Assembly (NCBI GenBank): GCA_045837725.1
Contig: JBEWZL010000302.1
Span: 310,001 to 374,000, forward strand
DNA length: 64,000 bases
Source of the DNA: Vermamoeba vermiformis
Lineage: Eukaryota
Direction: 5' to 3'
The notes beneath the pieces are model-generated. The model searched no databases. It was not told where the DNA came from and saw only the letters and a program-made list of their open reading frames with translations. This document shows positions 35,054 through 48,484 of this stretch, piece after piece; position 1 is the stretch's first letter; every line of letters begins with the position of its first letter. The position numbers and the translations under genes were made by a program.

Positions 35054-38000
35054 ATGGCAGCCAAATCGAAAGGCTACGAGACGCCTTCAGAAGAAGAAAG
35101 TTACAGCGAATCCGAGTCTCATTCGAGCAGCGAATCAGAATTGAGTAGCGGATCTGATTCTGACTCGAACAACAGCGACGTACCACTCACACGCAAATAC
35201 AGTGGTATGTGGACAAGATGCGCTAATTAATTGCGCGATTAATTTAAATATAAAATGTTCCTATTGATCGACGAGTGTGATATATAATTTATGAATAATA
35301 ATGGCGCGTATTAAAATATTGTTCGGCTTAATTACAAATTAATTAACCATCACGAAATTTACACCCAACAATAATAAAATCATAAAATCACATATTTGAA
35401 TGCTTGCTTAACAATCATAAATATGAATTAATTGTACAATGCAGTGGGATATTTAGCACAAGACAGCGACGACGAATCTGGAAATACCAAACAATCTTCT
35501 GCCTCGCCCTATGACAAAACAGAGACTAAGAAAAGTGAACCCAAAGCTACGGCAACAGAATACCCCTCGAATACGGCTGTTAAGACCATTGCTCCTGCTG
35601 CACGCAAACTCAACCGTACATCCCGAAACCACAAAATCGTAGTCGAGGAGACCACAGCAGACAATACAGATGCTAATACAGAGGCGCAAGTCACACCCAA
35701 GTCTCGTTCACTGCATTTAAAATCGCGCGACAAGCCGATCTTGGTGGAGCCGATCAAGCCCCAATTCAGCAGCACTCCGCAGCCTGAAGAGTTCTCGCCG
35801 ATCAAAGGTACGTAGCGGCACTGTGCACCGCAATGCAGCGCTGACCCCCTCGCAGCAGCACGCGAAGGCCGTGACTGGAACACGGAGTTCCAAAAGCTCG
35901 TGTCAGAACTGCGTCGCAACAATGCGCTGCACAATCCTGACGACCGCTCTGCCATGCAAGTGTATCATCAGCTCACTGAACTCGGCAACGACTTCCTCTA
36001 CGCTGCCAAGGTACGTGTTCTGCTGCGTGCGTGAAGGATGTGTATTGACAGGTGTCACTCGCAGACCTACGGCAAGATCATCATCTCCGAGTACTGTCTG
36101 AACAACAAGTACAAGACCATCAAGCCTGCCACCAACAAGCTGGGAGGGGTAAGTTGTCAATAATCATCATAGGTACTCGTGTGTCTCATCGCATGTAGAT
36201 TGCTGGCGGTGAGAAGTTCATTTGCAACGGCATTGTCTTCAAGGTACGTACTCTGTTCACTGAACTAAGCACTCGTTCACTGAATCCACCCCATTGATCA
36301 CGTGCCCTAACACCGTACACAGTTCGCCGTGGACAAGATAGGTCTGTACGGAGGCGATCAGAATGCCATGAAAGCAGCCGGGCACGATCTGCGCAACACG
36401 ATTCAACTGCTCGAGTGTCAGATACCAGATCTGTGCTTCCCACTAATGTGCACGATTGACTGGTGCGGCTACAGACTGATTGCCATGTGTCTGCTGCCCA
36501 TCGACAAGACGACCATCATCTACGGCAGCTGTGACGCGGGCGAGACAGTGCACGACAAGGACCTCTACTTCTCCTCGCTCATGAAAGAGGCCGCCAAGAA
36601 GTTGAACTTGGCCGAGCACATTGCAGGCGTGGAAGAGCACAGTTCACGCGCGATATGGGCCTGCGCTGATGCCGAGGGACACCGCGGCCAAGACACGCGC
36701 TACTACGTGATTGATCTCGCGCGCTTGTGTCCGCCTGAAGCCACTGCGCGCAAGACCTATTTGTACAAGCAACTGCGTCCTGAATACGTGCAGAAGTACA
36801 AGTAAGTGGGCCCTGGTGGAGTGTGCAGCACAGCGGACTGATGTTCTATTTTTAGAGTGCCACTCAATCCCGATGTGTTCTCGCGGTTCATCGATCACGA
36901 TCCGCACCGCAAACAAGCTGAGGCTGACGTGCGATTGGTGCGTCATATATATAAATATACTAGGCTAGTAGTCGCAGCCACTTAACCAATTCTATTTGCA
37001 GGCCACTTCAGAGCTGCGCACCACAGTGATCCCCAAGTTCGCGATGGAGCTCGCACAGCGCTACTCGGACACGAATCCTGAAGTGACGACGCTGCTGACC
37101 AGCGAGCGACTGGTGATGGAACTGCACGGCGAGGGCATCAATCTGCGCCTGCTCGGACTCGTGCGCCAGGCCCTCGAGACACAATCGACCTGTCAACACG
37201 TGCGGCGCTTGCTGCTGCTGGAGATGATCTGTCGCGTGATGAAGGAGCAGATCAACTCGAAGATGCGCGACAAGATGACGAGCATCACCACGGCCTCGTC
37301 GCTGCCCTTCGACAAGGTGGCCATGGAGTACTACAACTTCTTCTTGGGCAATCAGGAGTTCTGGACGGCAGTGCTCGACGATGAAGTCAAGTCCCTCAAG
37401 CGCGCCATCATGAACAAGTTTGAGGCTGGACTGACCGCGCAAGAACTCGACTCCAACTACCGCCTCACCCCCGAGCCCATGGAGCTGTTCACACGACTGC
37501 AAGAGCTGAGTGGCATCAAGCTGTACAAGTCCGCCAAAGAGGACGCCAAGTTCAACTTCACCGAGGGCGCGAGTCAGCTGTCAGTGACGGACATTGAAGA
37601 GCGTGCCATCAAAGTGAAGCACATGAACATCATCGGCTACAGTCACGGCATCTCCCTGCTGCTCCAAGCACGGGACTGCAAGCACCGCGAACAGAAGCTG
37701 CGCATTCTCAGCAAGGCCAATGTGCAGTTCGAGAAGTCGCAGCTCTACTCGCTGTTCAGACCCAAAAAAGGCAATCGCGAGGCCAAGGAGCTGATGACAC
37801 TGTGGGGCGATGTGCTGTACGAGACTGGCATGCTCGTCGACGAGGCCAGCAAGTCGCGTCGCTGCTTCGAACTGGCGGCAGAGAAGTACTTCAAGGCCAA
37901 GAATGTGGAGCGACTGCTGATGCTCGGCAATGAGGGCAGCAAGAAGCTGCTCGATGCGGAGTGCAAGCAGCGCAAGAATGCATTCAAAGAGGTGTTTGAG

Positions 38001-39602
38001 ACCGTGACATTCCTCAAATATCTGCTCGGACCTGATCTCTCGCTGTTCATGCTGCACAATGCCACTCCCAATCCCTCGCTCAGCAACAGTGCCGACAAGA
38101 ATGCTGTCGTGAGCACTGGTACCTCTTCGCCCACTCCCTCGCTCAACTCCTCCTTCGCGGAGAATGAAGTGCCCCTCGGACTCAGACGTGCGGACAGTGC
38201 TGTCAAACTGCGCACCAGTCTCGCGCTCTCCATGCGTGCACGTGCATCTTCGCGTGGCACATTGACAGCCTCGCCCGTGCGTGCACATCCCATGCTCGGG
38301 GCCTCACAGCGCGTAGGACTCGTCAACTCCCCTGCTGCCACGACCGCCAGACCTCGCTGGTCCTATGTGCAGGAGTGGGGCACCGTGCTGTTCACAGCGG
38401 CGCATCGACTCAGCGCGGAGCTCGGCAACAGCAGCGAGGCCCAAGCACTGTTTGCAGTGTCGGGACGGTACTTCAAAGAGGCACTCAAGTGTGCCCCTGA
38501 AGACGCACCTCTTGCACCCCTCGTGCCGTGGATCTTCGATGTGAAGCGCGACGATGAAGTGGCCATGCTCGTGCAGATCATTCAGCACAGCGCTGATTTG
38601 ACCAAGTTTGACTCGTCGTGGTGTCCACAACTCACTGCAGACTCGTTGCGATGTCTGCTGTCACACGCCAAGGTCAAAGAGCTCGTGTTGACGGGCTTTG
38701 AAGTGTTGCCCGAAGTGTTCAGTGAACTCGGCTCCCTCGCTGCACACCTCACTGACCTCGAAGTGCTGGTGGTCAAGCAGTCCAGCACCGTCACCTTCGA
38801 GGCCCTGAAGCAGATCATCGAGCACGGCAGAGTGCGTGCACTGACCATCTATCGCTGTCCACTCATCAGCGCGCAGCACATTGGCGTGTTCAAGCAGCGC
38901 GGTGTGCAGCACATTGAGTTCGAAGAGGCTCCCTCCACACTCGTGCGACTGCCTTCAGGTACCAAGCGCAACATCACCATGGCCTTCCGCGAGAATTCAA
39001 GCGGTTCATCGACCAATCTGAGTCCCGTGGCAGATCTGACCAGCGAGGACCAAGAGAACATCTCCAGTGTCGTTGTGTCACTCAGCAGCAAGGTCGGTGG
39101 GTTTTATTCCACCGCTAACTGCAACTGCGTGCAACTCGTGGTCAATAGGTAAGTTAATGCTACCTGTAACGGACTCCATTTGACACGTGTCATTTGCAGC
39201 ATGGCGTTCCAGTGGCAGGACGAGGCAGGCAAGAACATCTCGTTGTCACCGCGCGATTACTATGCACAATACACCGCGTGGTCCAATGCACTCATCGCAC
39301 AGCTCAAACAGTCCCCGAGCAATGGTAAGTGTACCCTGCTGTTACTGTAGACATGCGGATCACTGACACGTCACATCACAGCCACGGGATTCAGAACGGT
39401 GATGCAGCAGATCTATCGTCGTCTGTTCAGATTGTGCGGTCACTTGTGTTTCGCGCACTTGTCCGAGCTCGATTACAACGACTTCTTGTCCTCATTCGCC
39501 AAGCTGATCACGTGCGGTGAACACTACAAGCTCGTCTCGCAGGTGGACTTCTCGCGCTTGGAGGGCATTGTGAGTTACGTCAAGAAGCACGCGCAACAAT
39601 AG
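35054..39602 (+). CDS. CLU-domain protein with helical/TPR-like region, short LRR and C-terminal MOB1-like domain
   Basis: DFLYAAKTYGKIIISE, GGEKFICNGIVFKFA, AMKAAGHDL, IDWCGYRLIAMCLLPI, EGHRGQDTRYYVIDLARLCPP, LRPEYV and LHGEGINLRLLG (CLU). C-terminal FQWQD..IYRRLFRLCGHLCFAH..LSSFAKL (MOB). Confidence 0.82.
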
Positions 39603-39843
39603 GCTTCATTTTTGTGTCATATATCGTTTATCTCTTATTTATTGTGCCATAGTAGACCGAGTCTCTGTAAAATAAAATTTGCTTATTCCAATTGAATCAA
39701 TGCATAGCAGCTCGTTCATCAGCAAACCCGCAAAAAAAGCAATGCGTCAAAAAATATATCCGTGGGCACAGGCAAGATTAATATAGTTTTGTTTCCTGAT
39801 CAGCTCGAACACTTCTTACTGATGGTCTGTACAATTAATCGTC

Positions 39844-42800
39844 TTATGAATCACTGCTGTCAGCAGTATCGTCCAAATCCAGATCTAAGTTGGCGTATCT
39901 TCTGCTTGTAATCTTTTCTTCCAAGTGCGTCAAGTCTTTGCGTGTGATGATACCAACCACTTTGTTCTTGCGGCTCACTACCACAATGTGACGCAATCCC
40001 ATCGTGCGGAATAATCGATAGACACGCGACAACGAAGCATTTCTCAGAATGGTGAAGGGGTATTTGTTGTAGTCTGTGTGCATGTTAGACACAAAACGTG
40101 CCACATTAGGATCTATGTGTACTTACAGGGCTTGAGGCTCATATATAGATCCATATCGTCCTCAGCAACGGTCACCGATTGGATCTTAGGGAAGCGAGGG
40201 TAATCGGCACTGAAGTCCACATAGGAGACTGGATGTGGGCCAATGGGTTGATAGCGCACTTGATCGCCCTGCAGTCTGTTTAGTACTGACACTTCATTCA
40301 TCATCAATATCATACCTCAGTGGCCATTCGACAAAAGTCTCTGCTCTTGAGCAAAGTGACCAATTGACTGCGCAAGATGAGGCCACAAAAAGTGCCGTCG
40401 TGATTTACAATTGGATAGCCGTTGTGCGTGGTAGTTTTGAGTACTTTGTACACGTGTGCAACTTTTTCAATCTTCTTGAAAGTGTAGACAGGCTGCGTCA
40501 TAATGTCTTGCGCGAAGAACTTGCGCATAAAGTAGGGTGCGTCCCAGTGCAAGAACGGAATGAACTTGGTCTCGTTGTACGTGTCGAAGATGCCCGATGT
40601 GAACCAGTCTCCGACCCACTTGGCAATCAAAAGCATGACCATAATAGGCAAGCCGTACTTGAGGTGTCATTAGCAAAGCTATAGCATTGCGCAACACTTA
40701 CAGTAATGTCATTCGTGGCCTCAATTAACATGACCGTCAGTGACATGGTCATGCGCGTCACACCGCCCATCATCGTCGCGGCTCCAATGAGGGCAAATGA
40801 ACCTGTCGCAAGTATTAGGGACGTGATATTAATGACTGACTTCGTACCTGGAAATATACCCCACGATGGTGCAAGATAGCCCACAACTTCACCCACAATG
40901 CGACCATAAGCTGCACCGATCAACAGACTCGGCACAAATATTCCGCTCGGGACTGAAGTGCCGTACGTCCAACACGCGAGCAGGAAATAGACAAAGCAGA
41001 ACACGGCGAGTGTGGTCAGACTGAAGGACTCGTCGCCTGTGGAGTGGAACAACTGTCTGAGCGCGAGTTGCGGTGTGGTGTAGAACAGCGTGGCCATGTC
41101 ATTGTAATAGCCCTGGTAGAGTGTCAGGCCCAATATATTTGACACGTGTCACAGTACATACGTTAGGGCAGTAGAACTGAAAGCGTGTCAATTCAATGCC
41201 AGGTGTGGTCAATGAATTGTCGTCCATGCGTCTAAGGGCATCATTAGCACTAAATATAGCTAAATTATTAGAATAACGACGTACTTGCAGTCGTGAATGA
41301 AGTACGACAGTAAATACGACAGCAGACTCGTGACAATAGCAATGCCCACAGCCTCAAGTACGCGCACGGAGGGTCGTTTGGTGCGTTTGAGGCGGAACAA
41401 GGTCAGTTTGAGATTGAGCCAGTTGAACAATGCACCAACAAATCCTCCGAATATGCCGATCAGAATAAATATCGGGAACTGTTCGATGGTGTAGCCGTGA
41501 TCGCGCGAGTGAAAAAAACTTCCAAAACTGATCAGGCCTGGCTGGGCAAATGCACCCCAGTTGTGGTAATCAGTGCCCGAGAGCATCAAATTGACGGTGA
41601 ATGTCGCTACAAATGAGCCGAAGAATGACCGCCACGTGAGCACTTGATTCCAGAACGACGCTCCTTCTTCGAGTGTGAACAACACACCGCCAATCGGCGC
41701 ACCAAAGCCTGAGGCCATGCCTGCTGCTGCACCTTCAGAAATGAAATCTCGCTTCTCACGATCATTGCGGAATGACTAAATTAGGAAATCATGAGTTGAA
41801 AGAAGGACTAATGAGGGGTTGTCACTGACCTCCATGGACTGCGTGTCTATAATAGGAAATGTCGTGGACTTGCCTTGACTGATGCCCGCAGCAATGATTG
41901 AGCCGTTGTGGATCATTGTGCCTAAATATAGACATTAGAACAACTGCAATGATTGACAGCACGTAACGCACTCTCTTGCCCGACAGGCAGGCCACCACTG
42001 ACTGCAAAGATCACTCCGAGTGCTTTCACGAACAAGGTCTTGATGCGCAACACGTGCGGAATTTTAATGCCGTTCAGATAACACTTGATTTCAGGTATGC
42101 CTGACCCTGCTGCGATTGGCTGGCAAAACAACACTGGTGAGCACGCGTATTACCATTTAAGGAAAATACATTACTGACCTCCATATAAGCCACTAATATC
42201 GCAGAGAATAACACGAGCACGCCGTTGATGCTCATGTACACAACGAACGGCATCCAGAAACAGTAAGTGCACGACTCCATAACTGCATTCAATCAGAGTA
42301 TTATAAGCTGCTAGTAGTGATAATATGCTACATACCCCAAGTAACGAATTCGAATTTGTAAAAGGTGAGAGTGCGCACTGCAATGCCGATCCCAAAAGCA
42401 ATGAGACCAGTCAGAATGCCGATCAATAGCGTCAATATCCAGCGGAAAAATTCTGCGCTGCGGAGGTACTAATGAGATGTCAATATGCGCTCTTAGAACA
42501 TTGCAGTGACGAGATCTATTGGCACTTACACTTTTTGAGGAGGTGCGCGAGTACTCTTCATCAGCTACATTACTATCGCAGACATCGTAATCTGTACTCT
42601 ACAATAATTGATTAATAAACAATAATTAATCGTTGAATTGAATGAAGTGATCTGATTTTTATTTTATTTCGTATTTATCTTTAAAATTTGTTATTGAAGC
42701 AATATGATCTACTTGAAACATATATATTACCTCGTATTTATGCGCTGCAGGAGTTGTTCTATAAATTAGTTTTCTGTAGGGGACTTCATCTTCTTGGATC

Positions 42801-42859
42801 AGCCCGTCATAGCTGGCATTACGGTTCTCATCCAACAACAAATCTACACTCTCTTCCAT
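39844..42859 (-). CDS. CLC chloride channel/Cl-H+ exchanger, CLC-6/7-like, with two CBS domains
   Basis: [53 protein letters not shown] and [13 protein letters not shown] motifs HNGYPIV and FRTMGLRH; N-terminal ExxxLL sorting motif (ESVDLL). Confidence 0.93.
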
Positions 42860-43416
42860 ATCGAAATTATTAGATTAGTTGCATGGTGGTGTGATCGGCC
42901 AGCTAAACAAAATAATTTTCGCACGAGATCTCGTTTGGTAACTCGCAATGACAACAATTCGAGGGTATCGAGGATATAAGAATACCCTTAGTCAATTTAT
43001 TAATTAATTATGAACTGACGATGCGCTTCAAGGTGGTGGATCTGAAAATTAACACGAATATTCGAAATAATAATTTAATAAATTTTCTAGTCTCAATAAG
43101 AGTAAAATGCACTTACCATCAAATGACCGATAATCGGCTGCTATATGAATATCACCAATAAATTTATTGTTCGTCTTGGAAGCCATGTCAGATCTGACGA
43201 GTGACAGTAGTGCTACTTGTATATTGGTGTATATTGAATGATATTATATAGATATGCTGTTCACTCTATCATGGAGTCAATAGCTGCGTTGTTGATCAAG
43301 ACTAAAAGTCTGAAGAATTAAATGTCTTCAAATGCAAAGCCAGAAGTATTTGTCGCGAAGCGTTTATTAAATACAATGTTACAATATATCAAGCACTCTT
43401 ATTCACGAGCGACTGA

Positions 43417-45754
43417 TTAATTGCGCCGCACAGCTACAGGACTGTTGTTGCTGCTGTTGATCGTGTTTTCAGGCTTCAAATGACTCGGAGCATTGCTGTA
43501 CAGTGTTTGCCACAAAAAGCTATTAATATTAATATATGAGTACTAGTATTCAATAGTTTGCTTCATTTACTTACGCCTGAGATAATAAAACTTCAATTTT
43601 AGTCGCATCCCAATCGGCTGTCGGTGGATGCTGCAAGAACGTGATTGTTTCCTAAAGAGGGTTAATTAGCAACGCAAATATGATATTAAACGGTTACTTA
43701 CGGCAAAATCGAATTGTTTAATCTCATTGCTGAAATGGATCAGCATGGCCGCGCACAAGTACGTGTGTAGCGGTGCGAATTGACCCTCGCACAAATAAGT
43801 GTCCCACAATCGAATACTAACACATAATATTATTGATTGGTGTTGTTAATATGAAGCGAAATGAACTTACGTCAAGCGCAGAGGTAATTCACGCATCAAG
43901 AGACAATTGACCCAGCGGAATGCAAATTGAAAGAAGTGCACGCCAATCTCATTCATATGATCGTATAATGGTCCTAAATATAAGGAGGATATGAGATTTA
44001 ATTGTCTTAAATAGCAGTGTCTAACGTACGGTCAATGCGCTGAATTAAATCTTGCAATTTCATAAGTACTCGCTGAATGCCCGGTTGATCGATTGTATAA
44101 TGGTCCTAATATAGATTAGTATTAATACACTATATACATATAATTTACGCGTACTTGAATGCAATCGATGAATTTAGACAAACACCAATAACTATCTGCT
44201 TCAATGTTGGCCAATATTTGTGGATCTACTGCATTAATGTCTGCTGTCTCAACATCACCATCTATATATAATTAGTATACGCCTATAATATATACGCGAT
44301 GTATTCGTACCAACAAACTGCGAGAGGAACACGGTGATGAAAGGTGTCACGAGGTCGTTGATGCCCTGCACATAACCACTCGCAGGGTGTCTGATGGCCC
44401 AAATATACAGCACGCGGTCTAACATCTTTTGAATGTGGGGATTTTGAAAGATGGGAACATTGGGATTCGTGCGTGGTACATCGGTGCGGATCTAATGGAC
44501 AACATTGAGTCAGTCCAATCTTATTTAACACTCCCTATTGATAGGTCTGCATCACTCACTTGTTTGTGCACTGCTCGTTCGTAATCTGAGCGCAGGTCCT
44601 CAGAGACATTGTACATATTCACTATCAAATCGCTGTCGAACAAATTAACAACAAGATCTTCCACATCCATATATATGTATATATATATATATATCCACAT
44701 CCATATGTATATATATTTCTCTATATATCCATGTAGTGTCACACTTACGCGTATTCTTGTCGTTTCTTCGCCAAGGCACTGTCGCGTCGCTCGCTGTTGG
44801 TGGGCAAGTAGTCGAGCAACAATCGCCAGGCCATGGGGCGGTGTTGATGTGGAATGCCGTTCCAGCACACCTTCTTCAAGGCCTCTGTATTGTCTGTAAA
44901 TATGATGTAATAATTGAGGTCTAGAAGTACGCACCAAGATCAATGATTGGCTGCGACAACATGTTTTGAAATTTCCTCAGTCTGGGAGTGCTGATTGGTG
45001 AATTCGAATTGAGATTATTTACATTGTTCAGACTTCGTGTGAGAGGAGTGACTTGTTGCGGTGTAACGGGCAGTGAATTATTGTTTGAATTGGGGGTTGG
45101 ATCGCTATCAGGTCCTGAGATCTTCAACTCATCGAAGCTGCCGCTCAATGAATTTGATTTCTACGAATATTTAGCGAATATTACAGGGCAGCAATTAGAA
45201 TTTAATTCAAATTCATAGCAACACGGAATAATAATTAATTAATTTGACGATACGGTACCTTGGTAGGAGTACGCTCTTCTGGAGCTTCAGTTGGGCCATT
45301 GCCCACACTCTTTGATAGTGAATTACCACTCTTAATTGAGTCGGAGCTAATTGATAATGCATGTCAGAAAAAATTTCAAATAATTAGGTTGAATTATTTT
45401 AAATAAGCAATATTTTAGAAATATATTTGATAAGCACTGATATGGGTACCTAATGCTTTGTGTGCCTAAATTAGTAGCTGGGGCTATTGGAGGATAGGCT
45501 GCTCCTCGGATTTGCTTAATTGCATTGCCAGGAACTTTTTTGCCACTTCCACTCGAATTATATTGCTTCCAATTATATTCGAACGAGTTAGACATTGATT
45601 GAATGGATCCACTGCTAGTCGGTTTGGATTTGGCATCAGATTTGTTCGTTATTTCGTCTTGCTCAGCACCATTATCGCCTTCTTTTTTACCAAAGAGCGA
45701 TGTTACCATGCCAAATAAGCCACTGCTTTTTGTACTAGTATTACTATCAGCCAT
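43417..45754 (-). CDS. TBC-domain Rab GAP, TBC1D22/Gyp1 subfamily
   Basis: WNGIP..RPMAWRLLLDYLP, IRTDVPRT, WAIRHPASGYVQGINDLVTPF, IEADSYWCLSK, DQPGIQR, QFAFRWVNCLLMRE and IRLWDTY. Confidence 0.92.
44659..44735. repeat. Intronic TA-rich microsatellite with repeated ATCCACATCCATAT units
   Basis: (TA)n runs and a duplicated CCACATCCATAT inside an enlarged intron of the TBC gene. Confidence 0.8.
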
Positions 45755-46134
45755 CTACGAGAAGAGTCGTGTCAAGATTTTAATTAAATATAAAGGTGCT
45801 AAAAATCAAATAATATACTCTTATGACAGCTGAACAAGTACTGTTGGCTTCATCACTGTTTCAATCGTAAAATATTTTGCCTAGTCAAAGACAATGAAAA
45901 TTGGTTGAAAAATCGTTGTGAACGTAATTTAAAATCTTGAACTGATTCTACAGCGAGTAACACTTAATACGTCATCAATAAATGCGTATTTGAATATATT
46001 GCACGCAGACTTGACGAATAATTAGTTGATCAACGCCACGTCTTCAAACCTTCCAATGAATTTCTCAGTTTACAGCCTTTAAAAAATTCAATTTATTCTT
46101 CCAATCATTATTATAACAAGTGAAGGAAAGCACA

Positions 46135-48356
46135 ATGATGCACTCGTTACCAAAAATTCAGGTAAGTATTATTATTTCAGAAGATCGACAATCTAATCAT
46201 TTACTAGCCTCGAAAAGGCAAATTGAAGCAATTTGCAGCGAGCCCGTTGTACTATTACGACACTACCAATGAGTGTTGGTCCGAGTACCAAGGAGAATTT
46301 CCTTCACGCAACCTTGATCGCTTGACAATCGCGACGTTCAATGTCTTGTTTGATATTTATCAACCTGAACTACTATTCACCGATGAGCGACGATCAAAGT
46401 TGATGGAAGAGTTGCAGGCCTTAGATGCAGATATTATTGGCTTGCAAGAGGTCACACAATCACTCATTCGAGACTTGATGGCCGTACCGTGGATCAGAGC
46501 GCACTATTTCCTGACTGAGATTGTCAAAGATGATGATCAGCCCTCGCCTACAGTGTATCCATATGGACAACTTATCCTGGCCAAATATCCATTCAAACCA
46601 ATCTTTCACGAGTAAGTCGACAACTTCTTCATTAATTACAACGCGCCTAACCACTCGTGCACAGGTTCTCTGAGTACTCTAAAGTGATAGCAGGCGAGTT
46701 CGAGTTTAACAACCAGAAGTTTGTACTGCCTGTCGTGCACCTGTCCAGTGACAAAAACAAGCCCCTCTTGTTCGCAGCTCAAAGACGCGCCGAACAAATC
46801 AACATTGTGTTAGATTACTTGAAGAAGCGCGGTGATGAAAGTGTGTTGATCATGGGAGACTTTAACTTCAAAGACGAAGCTGAAGTGTTGAATGTACCGC
46901 ACAACTTTATCGATATTTGGCGACAACTCAATCCCACGGACCCGGGATACACTTACGACCCAGTAGCCAATACTATGGCTGCAGTCACTACGACTTATGG
47001 CAAGAAGAACAGATTTGATCGTCTCTATTTGACGGCCATGTCCGAATGGCGACCAATCAGCTGCGAGCTCTTTGCGCACCAGCCGTTCCCTGCTAAGAAT
47101 GGCAAAAACACACTCTATGTGTCGGATCACTATGGAATCAAGACTGTATTGGCGCGTACGACGTCAAGCGAGGAGAAGTTAGTGGCTCCGCGTCCTCAGT
47201 TGACGCACAAGGGTCGTACTTTGTATTTGGACCAAGCCTTGGAGTCGTTTGTGATCGATCGCAGCATTGTGGCTCCTGAAGTGATGTTGCGAAAGATGGA
47301 AAAGGCTTCTGGCAAGCTGAAAACAATGCTGAAGAAGATATTTGAAAAGGTACCGAGTGCTAGTTTCACTTCAGACACTCATTGCTTTCACAGACCAAGT
47401 TCAAAATGCGACACGTTGGATCAGTGCAACTTGGAATTGTTCTCGACAATACGGTGATCGATATTATGATCATTGGATTCATTCCTAAGGCTGAAATGTT
47501 TGAGAAGCTACTGAAGGCGTATACAATTCAAAAAGAGCCTAATCAGGTACGAACACGGAACTATTCTAGTTCAATATCTTATCTCTTTTAGGACCTCAAT
47601 GCACTAGAGTCACTATCGATGGACCGAGCAGGATGTCCCGTCAATATTGTTTACTGTCACATTCCTGTCGATTACACTTTCGACAAAGATTTCAAAGCTG
47701 GCAATGTTCCGCGCGAGATTATCGCAGCCATGGACAAGCAAAGTCAATACAATTTCAGAAGTAAGTACTAGACTAGACTGACAATAGTATTGGTATTAAT
47801 CAGCGCAGAACTCCTGGATTGTGACGCTATTACAACTCACGTGCAAAACCTGAAAGCGTTCAATGGCGCAGCTAGTTTTGTCAAGTACTGGGCGAAGAGT
47901 AAGTCAATTACGTCAAGATAATGTGTCACTAACTGAATACAGAGCACGACCTTTACGGTGCAAATAAACTCATGGGAATGATGATCAACACTATGATTGC
48001 CAAGCTATGTATTGAGCACGAGACAGCTACTGGCGATTGGATTTTGGTGCTGTTCTTCGAGACATTTGCAAATTGGGACTGGTTCGATCAAAAACCTGCA
48101 ATCTCGATGACATCTGGTACTAACTGGGAGCCAACCGAGGTATAGGGATAGTCGTTATTATTCTTGCATACTAATTTTGGACTAGGATTACATTGTGGCA
48201 CCAGTATTGACACCTGCGAGTCCACATCTGAACTTGACGCAACAGATCTCCAAGAGTACAATGGAGCTCCTCGTATCTAAATTACGAAAAGTGAATGCTA
48301 TCATACAAGAAGCGATTGGTGGTCAAATAGCAATTGTTTGGCAGGATTTGTTGTAA
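46135..48356 (+). CDS. EEP (TDP2-like) phosphodiesterase fused to a degenerate poly(A) polymerase-like domain
   Basis: EEP motifs TFNVL, LQEV, VHLSS, MGDFN, FDRL and SDHYG are intact. Then GSVQLG..VIDI, FVKYWAKKHDLYG, FFETFANWDW and PVLTPASPHLN (PAP head and central domain). Confidence 0.82.
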
Positions 48357-48484
48357 AGGCACTATTTTGTTGTAAACAGATCGAAATCTGGAACCATTTT
48401 TTATTTCCTATGTAAATACCACCAGTTGTAAATATTTATTTATATTCCGTGTATGCAGTAGCTATTCGATCTATTAATGATAAT

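Noticed and set aside
42960-42990. ATATCCTC on the minus strand as a possible AT-AC U12 donor in the CLC gene
   Set aside because: Imperfect consensus, no matching TCCTTAAC branch or AC acceptor, and it lies upstream of the likely start.
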